Shown: piece by piece, positions 6,382-14,054 of the stretch
Layout: every line of letters begins with the position of its first letter
Position numbering within the stretch: position 1 is the stretch's first letter
Source: Candidatus Electrothrix yaqonensis
Lineage (GTDB): Bacteria; Desulfobacterota; Desulfobulbia; Desulfobulbales; Desulfobulbaceae
Assembly: GCA_047651235.1 (NCBI GenBank)
Contig: CP178758.1
Span: 1,830,001 to 1,862,000, forward strand
DNA: 32,000 bases
Reading direction: 5' to 3'
The notes under the pieces: model-generated
The model's database searches: none
What the model was told of the DNA's origin: nothing
The model's input: the letters and a program-made list of their open reading frames with translations, nothing else
Made by a program: the position numbers and the translations under genes

Positions 6382-6596
6382 GGACAAGACAACGGGATAA
6401 TCTGCTGTCCTGTTTGTTTCGTTACCTTCTCTGAAGTTTTTTCTGATATTTTTGTTGTATTTTTTATCCTTTCCCGGTTAGAATCAGCAACAAAGAATAT
6501 GAGAATAAACTTATGAGGAAGGGTGTCTTCGGATAACTGTCTGACTCCTCCTTTCTCTTTCTTTCCCCCAAGTTGCTGCCATAGCATGCCTGCCTT

Positions 6597-6623
6597 AAAT
6601 GCCTTTTGTCTGGGCATTTTTTA
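6597..6623 (+). terminator. Candidate intrinsic terminator ending the small-protein operon
   Basis: AAATGCC (6597-6603), 9-nt loop, GGCATTT (6613-6619), then TTTTAT. The stem is short and AT-rich. Confidence 0.45.
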
Positions 6624-6727
6624 TGCGTTTAACAGGCTATTATGTCGTTTCCGCATAGTAGGCGGTAGCTTGGGTTACCTTCCCTGAAAAACACGAGCTG
6701 CTTTTCAGCGGCAAAAATGCAAAATAA

Positions 6728-8266
6728 ATGAAGCGGTTACTCCGATCAGCCTGTCTGGGTGCTGTCCTGGCATGTATAAATACGGGATGCACAAATGTTG
6801 ATTCCGTAATATCAAATATTAACAGAGAAACGCCGTATTCTGCCTCAACAAATCTCACCGAAACGTTGAAATGTATAGGTATGGTGATCAATGAATCCGA
6901 ATCACGCCCTATTCTCTTTCTGGTAGATGATTTTTTTGACGGCACTGTTCCTATTGTAACAGATGCTCAAGCTATCCTGACAAGAGCCTACAGAAGTAAC
7001 GGCCCACTGGCTGACGGGGGAAAATATGATTTTGAGGCTGTCATCAAGCGGACAGTCTCCAGTCAGAAAATTGTCCTTCCGTATGCACTGCCCACCGGTG
7101 TAATACAGCATGAAGACATATATGGAAGGCTGAAGCCGGAGTACTTACAGGATCTTCTTAAAATATATAATGTCTCCGGTGTCGTCAGAGTGAAAGGAGT
7201 ATTCACCCAGAATGATTCCGCCGACTATATAAACAACGGATCCGGCAACAGTATCGAGCAGGAGGGAAAACGTGGTCGGACCGAGATAGAATACGGTCTC
7301 TCTGAAGCGTCCAAAAGTGTATCTCTGGCAATCTATCTGGGAAGTCCCTTGAATAATACTCTGATTGCCGCCACAACATTGACACTCAACATGCATACAA
7401 TGTCTGATGAGTTTTCAGTTGGTTTCGGATACGGGGAAGGTTCGATGAGTTTTGTCAACGAATCAAAAATTAAGGAAGGGCTGCATGGTTCGCAGAGAAC
7501 TCTGATTGAAGCTGCCGCAATGTGGATACTGCGCGGTCTGTACAGCAAACTTGATTTTTCTCAATGCGTTGCAGGGGGAGACGGAGAAGGCGGTGCTGCT
7601 ACACCTGATGCGACGATTGCGGCAAATGAAAGATGGCTGTCGCTTGATCCGGGAATGAAAATAAAATATCTGAAATTGATGCTCAGAGAGTTGGAGTACT
7701 ACAACGGTTCGATCAGCGACAGATATGATATCCCTCTGCAGAAAGCAATTGCCGCGTATGAAGCTGACAGCGGTATAATGATACCACATACAAAACATAA
7801 TCTGGGTGATCTGTTTATCTCACTATACGGTGCTGTTGAGATTGAAGAAATTGACAGAATGGCAAAGCATTCGGAAGTTTTCTTCGGAAATTGGGGCAGG
7901 AAACCGAAGAAAAGCACTGAGAAGGAGAATGCTGAACAGAGAGCTGTTAATCAGGATACTCCTGAAGATACTACGACTGGTCAGCAAAAAGATTCTGAGC
8001 AGAAGCCCATCAGGCAGGATTCTTCTAAAAAGGAGACCGCTAATCAGAAAAATCAGAAGCAGGCGCCCGCAGCTTCTGCGCAGAGGTCTGTTAATCAGGG
8101 GAACCCCGGAAATACAACTGGTAGGGAGAAGCAACAGATCCCTGAACAGAGGAAACCTGCTGAACGGGAGAGTACTGAAAAAAAACCGGTTGAAAGGAGG
8201 ATAGGGAGAAATACCACTGCCGGTTTGGTTATTATAAACGGTAAACGTCCTGTTAATTATAAATAG
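6728..8266 (+). CDS. Lipoprotein: CsgG-like(?) N-terminal domain + PG_binding_1-like domain + disordered K/Q/E-rich tail (512 aa)
   Basis: Signal with lipobox VLAC (MKRLLRSACLGAVLAC). My by-eye alignment to E. coli CsgG: ILFLVDDFFDGT versus KIFVSVYNIQDETG; VVRVKGVFTQNDS versus IMVEGSIIGYESN; SVSLAIYLGSPLNNTLIAATTLT versus QIAVNLRVVNVSTGEILSSVNTS. The PG-binding pattern is KYLKLMLRELEYYNGSISDRYDIPLQKAIAAYEADSGI. The last 130 or so residues are low complexity. Confidence 0.75.
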   Translation: MKRLLRSACLGAVLACINTGCTNVDSVISNINRETPYSASTNLTETLKCIGMVINESESRPILFLVDDFFDGTVPIVTDAQAILTRAYRSNGPLADGGKYDFEAVIKRTVSSQKIVLPYALPTGVIQHEDIYGRLKPEYLQDLLKIYNVSGVVRVKGVFTQNDSADYINNGSGNSIEQEGKRGRTEIEYGLSEASKSVSLAIYLGSPLNNTLIAATTLTLNMHTMSDEFSVGFGYGEGSMSFVNESKIKEGLHGSQRTLIEAAAMWILRGLYSKLDFSQCVAGGDGEGGAATPDATIAANERWLSLDPGMKIKYLKLMLRELEYYNGSISDRYDIPLQKAIAAYEADSGIMIPHTKHNLGDLFISLYGAVEIEEIDRMAKHSEVFFGNWGRKPKKSTEKENAEQRAVNQDTPEDTTTGQQKDSEQKPIRQDSSKKETANQKNQKQAPAASAQRSVNQGNPGNTTGREKQQIPEQRKPAERESTEKKPVERRIGRNTTAGLVIINGKRPVNYK

Positions 8267-8415
8267 AACCGGCAGAATCGCAGACGTGAAAGACGTGGTT
8301 CTTGCCGGAAGTGATTGGCCTGCTAACGAAAAGATGCGGCAGGTCGGTCGGTGATTCCGATGCAGGCCGGAAATCCGGCTTCACTCCTTCCGCCGCGCAA
8401 ATACCCTGCTGACAG

Positions 8416-9384
8416 CTAATACCGCAACCCGACCCGATCCCGTACCAGCTCCAGGGTTTCGGTCGCCTTTGCCCGCGCTTTATCCGCTCCCTTCCGCAGC
8501 ACCTCCCGCAAATACTCCTGATTCTGCAACAGCTCTTTCTTTTTTGCTCTGGCATCGGCAAAATAATCCCGGATCAGTTCAAAGAGATCCTGTTTCAGAT
8601 AGCCGTAGGCCGCCCCCCCATTGACATAGAGATCCTGCACCTCTGCCATTTTTTCTGCAGAGGCAAAGAGCTTGAGCAGAGCATACAGATTGCATTTATC
8701 CGGGTCTTTCGGCTCTTCCACCGGGGTGGAATCGGTCTGCACCGCCATCACCTGTTTACGCAGAGGTTTATCCTCCAGAAAGATCGGAATGGTATTGCCG
8801 TAGGATTTAGACATTTTCTGGCCGTCAAGGCCCGGAACAATGGCTGTGGCTTCGCTGATTGCCGGTTCCGGCACTACAAAGGTTTCACCGAAGGTGTTGT
8901 TGAACTTGATGGCAATATCGCGGGCCACCTCCAGATGCTGTTTTTGATCCTTGCCCACCGGCACGACCTCTGCCTGATAGAGCAGGATATCCGCCGCCAT
9001 GAGCACCGGATAGGCAAACAGACCGTGACTGGCCGCAATACCCTTGGCCACTTTATCCTTATAGGAATGGCAGCGCTCCAGCAGGCCCATGGGCGTCATA
9101 GTGGACAGTATCCAGGACAGTTCACAGACCTCCGGCACATCTGACTGGACCCAGAAGGTGCAGCGCTCCGGATCAAGCCCTAGGGCCAGGAAATCCGCAG
9201 CCGCCTCAAGGGTGCCGGTGGAGAGTTTTTCCCGGTCATGCACGGAGGTCAGCGCGTGGAGATCCACAATAAAGACATAGAGATTCGCTGTCTCCATATT
9301 GGAGATCATCGTCTTCATCATGCCGAAATAATTGCCGATATGAAGCTGTCCTGAAGGCTGGATGCCGGAGAGTATACGTTGCAT
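8416..9384 (-). CDS. trpS: Tryptophan--tRNA ligase
   Basis: 322 aa. Class I signatures are HIGN (GQLHIGNYFG) and KMSKS (GQKMSKSYGN). Overall TrpRS-like sequence. Confidence 0.95.
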   Translation of the reverse strand: MQRILSGIQPSGQLHIGNYFGMMKTMISNMETANLYVFIVDLHALTSVHDREKLSTGTLEAAADFLALGLDPERCTFWVQSDVPEVCELSWILSTMTPMGLLERCHSYKDKVAKGIAASHGLFAYPVLMAADILLYQAEVVPVGKDQKQHLEVARDIAIKFNNTFGETFVVPEPAISEATAIVPGLDGQKMSKSYGNTIPIFLEDKPLRKQVMAVQTDSTPVEEPKDPDKCNLYALLKLFASAEKMAEVQDLYVNGGAAYGYLKQDLFELIRDYFADARAKKKELLQNQEYLREVLRKGADKARAKATETLELVRDRVGLRY

Positions 9385-9510
9385 GGTATCTGCTGTCTGA
9401 ATTCACGGTTGAAATGACTTGGCCGGGAGAATATACCAGTAAATCCGTCCGGTCGCAAGAAGCAGGGCTGAAAGGGGTGTGAACCAAAGTGCGGCAATAT
9501 CATTCTGCAT

Positions 9511-9545
9511 AAAAACAGCAGGGGCACGGCAGCCGTGCCCCTGCT
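9511..9545 (-). terminator. Rho-independent terminator downstream of the MEMO-family gene
   Basis: Minus-strand sense reads AGCAGGGGCACGG-CTG-CCGTGCCCCTGCT followed by GTTTTTAT, starting 6 nt after the TGA stop at 9552-9554. Confidence 0.85.
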
Positions 9546-9551
9546 TGTTCA

Positions 9552-10349
9552 TCAGACAACCACACCGGCATACCCGACAACCTGATCTGTATCACCGCTG
9601 ACCTCCCCTGAATCCGTGTACCGGACAAGCTCGGCCTGCTCGGCTCCCAGCTCCAGCGCAGCCAGCAGGGTGATCGTGGTAGGCATGATACCGCACATGG
9701 ATATCCGGCGGGACAGGACTGTATCGTAGAGTCCGGCCGGATCCAGCTGCAGGATGTGGTTCAGGGCAAGATGATCCTGTTGTGAGGCCTGCTGCCGGGA
9801 GAGGTAATGGGTCATGTCCGTGCTGGCAACCAGCAGGGCAGGACGGTTGTACTGCAGCACGGCCCGGGCAAGCTCTGCAGCGGCTTGGCGGCATTGCTCA
9901 AAGGAAAGACGGGACACCACCACAGGCACGATGCGCAACTTCTGCTGCAGATATTGGAGAAAGGGAACCTGTACCTCCAGCGAATGTTCATACCGGTGCG
10001 CGATGTCGTCTGCCGTGAACAGGGCTGATCCCTCGATCAGTGCTTCGGTAAGGTCGTCCGCCAGAGAAACCTGTCCCAGAGGCATATCCCAGTCTTCGGT
10101 TCCGACAGCAAGAGGCGCACCTCGCCCGTGGTGATTAGGGCCGAGAATAATCACAGTTTTCGGGATGCTGATCCTGGCAAAGGTTTCTCCGGCCACGCCG
10201 CCGGAATAGATATATCCGGCATGGGGGGTGATGACCGCCTTTGCCTCAGCCTTGTCTGTAACTTCGGGAATCAGTTCGGCTAGGGATTGACGGAGCCTGT
10301 CCGGTTGGCCCGGATAAAATCTGTCGGCAACTGCGGGTTGACGGCGCAT
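9552..10349 (-). CDS. MEMO1-family protein (AmmeMemoRadiSam system protein B-like)
   Basis: MRRQPAVADRFYPG...ITPHAGYIYSGGVAGETF...GPNHHG...STDMTHY are MEMO/extradiol-dioxygenase-like motifs. Start chosen at the ATG at 10349; the longer track ORF (to 10511) adds an implausible N-terminus. Confidence 0.8.
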   Translation of the reverse strand: MRRQPAVADRFYPGQPDRLRQSLAELIPEVTDKAEAKAVITPHAGYIYSGGVAGETFARISIPKTVIILGPNHHGRGAPLAVGTEDWDMPLGQVSLADDLTEALIEGSALFTADDIAHRYEHSLEVQVPFLQYLQQKLRIVPVVVSRLSFEQCRQAAAELARAVLQYNRPALLVASTDMTHYLSRQQASQQDHLALNHILQLDPAGLYDTVLSRRISMCGIMPTTITLLAALELGAEQAELVRYTDSGEVSGDTDQVVGYAGVVV

Positions 10350-10450
10350 GGTTCTTTCTGTTATCTGTTTGTTGAATGAAAGAAAAAAATGTGAATGCTC
10401 CGCAAATAATTGCAGAGTGTTATCGCAAAACAGAAAAAGAGAGAGGAAAC

Positions 10451-11128
10451 ATGAAAAAATTCGGCGGCGATAAAAAAGTCGGTCACTCCCTGCTGAACGG
10501 CCCGGAAACACGGCTGAAAAATTGGGCTGTCCCGAAAATTCCGGCAGGAATCGAGACCTATCATCTTACCCTGACCACCCTGCTCTGGAGCCTGATCAAC
10601 GTGCTTGCCGGTTTTGCGGCCAGGGACAAGCTGAACATGCTCTGGCTGGTCTCCCTGATGATCGTGCTTCAGTACCTCACCGACCTGTTTGACGGCGAAC
10701 TGGGCCGTCAGCGGGAGACCGGGTTGATCAAGTGGGGTTTTTACATGGACCATTTTCTGGACTATATTTTCCTCTGCTCCCTGGTCTTTGTCGGCTATAT
10801 GATTGCGCCTGCCGGGCTGGAGATCTGGTATTTTGCCTTGGTTGTTGTTCTGGGCGGGTTCATGGTCAACTCCTTTCTGGCCTTCGGCGCCACCAATGAA
10901 TTTCAGATCTACTATTACGGCATCGGCCCTACGGAGACGCGGGTTGTTTTTATCCTCATCAATATTTTTATTGTTTTTTTCGGCACAAAGCAGTTCGCCG
11001 TTCTGCTGCCTGCCACCGTGCTGCTCTGCCTTGTCGGGCTGGTGATCAATACGTTTCAGATTCAGCAACGGCTATGGAAAGATGACATGCAGATCAAGGA
11101 GAAAAAGGAAAAGCAGCAGGCAGAGTAA
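10451..11128 (+). CDS. CDP-alcohol phosphatidyltransferase family membrane protein
   Basis: Motif DLFDGELGRQRETGLIKWGFYMDHFLD fits D-x2-DG-x2-AR...G-x3-D-x3-D. Multiple TM segments. Start at the ATG at 10451 (GAGAGG upstream); the alternative start is 10376. Confidence 0.8.
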   Translation: MKKFGGDKKVGHSLLNGPETRLKNWAVPKIPAGIETYHLTLTTLLWSLINVLAGFAARDKLNMLWLVSLMIVLQYLTDLFDGELGRQRETGLIKWGFYMDHFLDYIFLCSLVFVGYMIAPAGLEIWYFALVVVLGGFMVNSFLAFGATNEFQIYYYGIGPTETRVVFILINIFIVFFGTKQFAVLLPATVLLCLVGLVINTFQIQQRLWKDDMQIKEKKEKQQAE

Positions 11129-11138
11129 ACAACCTTGC

Positions 11139-11891
11139 TCACCCCTGAATAGCGTAGCCTCCGTCAACCACCACGGACTGTCCGTGGATCATGGCGGCAC
11201 CTTCACTGCACAGGAACAGGGCAAGGTCAGCCACATCTTCCGGTGTGGTCAGGCGGCCAAGCGGAGTCATCTCAAGAGAACGACCGATAATATCTTCCCG
11301 GTTGGGAAATTTTTTCAGAGCATCCGTGTCCACCACCCCGGCGCTGATGGTGTTGACTGTGATTCCCTTGGGGCCAAGTTCCACGGCCAGATGCCGGACC
11401 AGAGATTCCAGCGCAGCTTTGGAGGCACCGACCACGGTATAGTTGGGTACTGCCCGTACCGCACCGAGACTGGAGACCGCAAGGATTCTTCCGCCCTGCC
11501 CCATCATCGGCACAGCATGCTGGCTCAGGGTCAGCATGGCCCGGGCATTGATGTCCATTGCCCAGTCCCAGTGACGTTGGGTCAGTTCCATGGCCGGTTT
11601 CAATACCCCGGAGGCGGCATTGGAGACCAGGATATCCATCCTGTCGTAGGTGGCTCTGATTTCATCGAACATCCTCTGCACATCTTCTTCTTTGGCAACA
11701 TTGGCTTTGATTGCAAGGCAGCCCACGCCGTATTGTTCAATAGCTGCAGCGGTTTCTTCTGCATCGCGACGATGCCGGACATAATTGACCACAAGGTTTG
11801 CACCGTGTTCTGCCAGCCGCACGGCAATGGCCCGGCCGATACCGCGGGATCCGCCGGTGACGAGTGCTGTTTTCCCCTGCAAATGAAACAT
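11139..11891 (-). CDS. fabL: SDR-family enoyl-[acyl-carrier-protein] reductase, FabL type
   Basis: TGGSRGIG Rossmann motif. HWDWAMDINA, YTVVGASKAALE and DTDALKKFPNRED closely recall B. subtilis FabL as I remember it. AGGAGG lies before the ATG. Confidence 0.7.
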   Translation of the reverse strand: MFHLQGKTALVTGGSRGIGRAIAVRLAEHGANLVVNYVRHRRDAEETAAAIEQYGVGCLAIKANVAKEEDVQRMFDEIRATYDRMDILVSNAASGVLKPAMELTQRHWDWAMDINARAMLTLSQHAVPMMGQGGRILAVSSLGAVRAVPNYTVVGASKAALESLVRHLAVELGPKGITVNTISAGVVDTDALKKFPNREDIIGRSLEMTPLGRLTTPEDVADLALFLCSEGAAMIHGQSVVVDGGYAIQG

Positions 11892-12280
11892 CTATGTCCT
11901 CCTGTGCAAAAAAATGTCTGGTCCGTGTTTCTTCTGTTTTCTTTATTTTCCAAGATAGAAGAATATCGGCCTGTCAAGATTGAATGTGCCGCTGCTGAGT
12001 ACTCAGTCCGGATAAATGTACCCTGCAGTGGTTGTCTTTGCAAGGTCAATAAAATGTATCCTATTTGCCGGTTACTCCGGTCTGTCATGGAAGAAAAATT
12101 GATGCGGAAAAGCCGGTCATGCCGGTGACAGCAGAAGCGGAGTTCATGATTGACAGAATAAAAAAGCCAGGTAAAGTTATAGTAGGGGAGTTCCTCCGTT
12201 CCTGCAGATAACACGTAACATTATATAGGTATGCCTCACTTATTCAACAGGAAAAATAAGATCCGACAAGGAGATCTCTT

Positions 12281-13177
12281 ATGAAAATGAAATGCATCTC
12301 GGCATCTTTACTGCTCTTTTTACTCTTTTGGTTTGTTCCGACTGTTCAGGCGGCCGATTATACGAACAGTCTCGGTATGCAGTTCAACAATATCCCTGCC
12401 GGAACCTTCTTTATGGGGAGCTGTCTCCCTGAAGGAGCTGTCTGTCCCGGCAGGGGAAAAGCGGATAAAGATGCCCATAAGGGAGAGGCGCCCAAGCACG
12501 AAGTGCGGATTAGCAGAGGATTTCAGATAGGTGTTTATGAAGTCACTTTAGGAGAGTTTAAACAATATCTTGCCTGCCTGCCCGCCGGAGAGCGGGCTGC
12601 AGTGGCAACAGACAGATTCAGCAGATTTAATACACACGGGGATAATGCGGCTGTGGTGGTTGTTTCCTGGGAGGATGTACAGGGATTTATCCGCTGGCTG
12701 AACAAAAAAGAGGGTGGCCGTGCCTACCGGCTGCCCACCGAGGCGGAATGGGAGTATGCTGCCAGGGCGGGAACAGAGACGGTGTATTTCTGGGGCGATG
12801 AACCGGAGAAGGCTCCGGAATATGCCTGGCTTAACATGGAAGGAGCAGACCTGCGCAAATGGTTCCAGAAAGGGCCTTCGGGGAAAAAAGAAGATTTTCC
12901 TCATCCAGTCGGTCTGAAGAAACCCAATCCCTGGGGCTTATACGATATAGCTGGCAATGTCTGGGAGTGGGTGGATGACTGGTACAGCGAGGACTATTAC
13001 CGCATCAGTCCCAAGGTTGATCCGACCGGTCCGGCAACCGGTCGTGTCCGTTGTTTTCGGGGCGGCAGCTGGTACGGGTCGGCAAGGAATTTGCGCTCCG
13101 CTGTCCGCGGGCTGAATACCCCAGATTACCTCAGCGATTCTTTGGGATTCCGTCTGGTGCGGCAGGTCGGACGATAA
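12281..13177 (+). CDS. Secreted formylglycine-generating-enzyme (SUMF1/FGE-sulfatase) domain protein
   Basis: Signal peptide ...VPTVQA. YRLPTEAEWEYAARAG, GNVWEWVDDWY and RGGSW are hallmark strings of the FGE-sulfatase domain. AGGAG lies before the ATG. Confidence 0.85.
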   Translation: MKMKCISASLLLFLLFWFVPTVQAADYTNSLGMQFNNIPAGTFFMGSCLPEGAVCPGRGKADKDAHKGEAPKHEVRISRGFQIGVYEVTLGEFKQYLACLPAGERAAVATDRFSRFNTHGDNAAVVVVSWEDVQGFIRWLNKKEGGRAYRLPTEAEWEYAARAGTETVYFWGDEPEKAPEYAWLNMEGADLRKWFQKGPSGKKEDFPHPVGLKKPNPWGLYDIAGNVWEWVDDWYSEDYYRISPKVDPTGPATGRVRCFRGGSWYGSARNLRSAVRGLNTPDYLSDSLGFRLVRQVGR

Positions 13178-13243
13178 TTTTTCTCAGTTTCTCTGCAAAC
13201 AGGGCCGGTTCGGACCGGTTTGCAGCGGGTGGATATGATACCC

Positions 13244-14029
13244 TCATCTTTTTTCCCTGCTGAAGCGTTCTTTGAAAATCAGATAGAAAAAAAACAGGTT
13301 GCCGATCAGATATCTCTTCCACAATCGTTTCGGTTCGATGAGCAGTCTGGCCAGCCATTCCATGCCGTTGTCTGTCATCCAGCTAGGGCCTCGGCGCAAT
13401 TCCCCGGAAACATAGTCGAACAGGGCACCGGCGGAAAAACCGACATTGACGTTCAGCCTGTCCCAATTTTCCTTGAGCCACTTTTCCTGCAGCGGCATAC
13501 CGAACCCGACAATCAGAACATTGGCCTTTGAGGCATTGATCAGGCGGATAATTTCCTCATTCTCCGGCGAATCCGGGGATTTGTCAAAATATCCGTGCCG
13601 GGTGGTGATCTGCAGAGCAGGAAAACGTTCTTTCAGTTTCAGCGCAGCTTTGTCGGCGATACCCGGTTTTGCCCCGAGGAAAAAAAAGCTGATGCCTTTC
13701 TCTTCCGCCAGTTCTGCCAGGCTCCACATCGAATCGGCCGGGGTGCTGCGCCCCGGTATGTGATGACCCAGAATTCTGGCGCCCAGGACAACACCGGCTC
13801 CGTCACAGAAGACCAGCCCGGCCTGATTGAGAAAATCCCGCAGCCAGGGGTTATGATACACCATATTGTAGCAGTGCGTATTGACATTCAGGACCAGAGA
13901 CTTGCGTTGTCGGGCAACTACATCGGCGATGTACTGGCAGATTCCTGCTTCCCCTAACAGATGGACCTGCACACCGAGGATAGGGACACTGTCGAGATGG
14001 TCAAAAGACTGTATGGATTGGGTTGTCAT
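13244..14029 (-). CDS. WecB/TagA/CpsF-family glycosyltransferase
   Basis: DGAGVVLGARILG and ...GPSWMTDNGMEWLARLLIEPKRLWKRYLIGN are typical of this family. Start set at the ATG at 14029 (MTTQSIQ); the alternative at 14092 would overlap the upstream gene. Confidence 0.8.
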   Translation of the reverse strand: MTTQSIQSFDHLDSVPILGVQVHLLGEAGICQYIADVVARQRKSLVLNVNTHCYNMVYHNPWLRDFLNQAGLVFCDGAGVVLGARILGHHIPGRSTPADSMWSLAELAEEKGISFFFLGAKPGIADKAALKLKERFPALQITTRHGYFDKSPDSPENEEIIRLINASKANVLIVGFGMPLQEKWLKENWDRLNVNVGFSAGALFDYVSGELRRGPSWMTDNGMEWLARLLIEPKRLWKRYLIGNLFFFYLIFKERFSREKR

Positions 14030-14054
14030 GGTACGGTCATCAGATAAACAGGAC

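Noticed and set aside
6378-6945. Minus-strand ORFs 6378-6617 and 6640-6945
   Set aside because: Their translations are low complexity and they have no SD. The second is antisense to the lipoprotein signal-peptide region, and the first lies in the pyrimidine-rich noncoding gap.
7806-8204. ORFs in alternative frames over the lipoprotein tail (7806-8204 + and 7823-8134 -)
   Set aside because: These frames stay open only because the region is low-complexity A/G-rich DNA. The lipoprotein frame is continuous with upstream recognisable domains.
8253-8561. 102-aa minus-strand ORF overlapping the 3' end of trpS, and a short GCCGG-AAAT-CCGGC hairpin (8366-8379)
   Set aside because: The ORF is a shadow frame of trpS. 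The hairpin has a 5-bp stem and no convincing U-tract in either orientation.
10361-12214. Long antisense ORFs 10361-11068 (-), 11082-12128 (+) and 11600-12214 (-)
   Set aside because: They lie opposite or out of frame to genes with clear family motifs (CDP-alcohol phosphatidyltransferase, FabL). Their translations are Gly/Arg/His-rich shadow-frame sequence.
13178-13243. Extended hairpin CTGCAAA...CCGGT-TCGG-ACCGG...TTTGCAG (13193-13225) as a bidirectional terminator between convergent genes
   Set aside because: The stem is good, but there is no U-tract on either strand directly after it. It may still pause or terminate transcription, but I cannot support the call.
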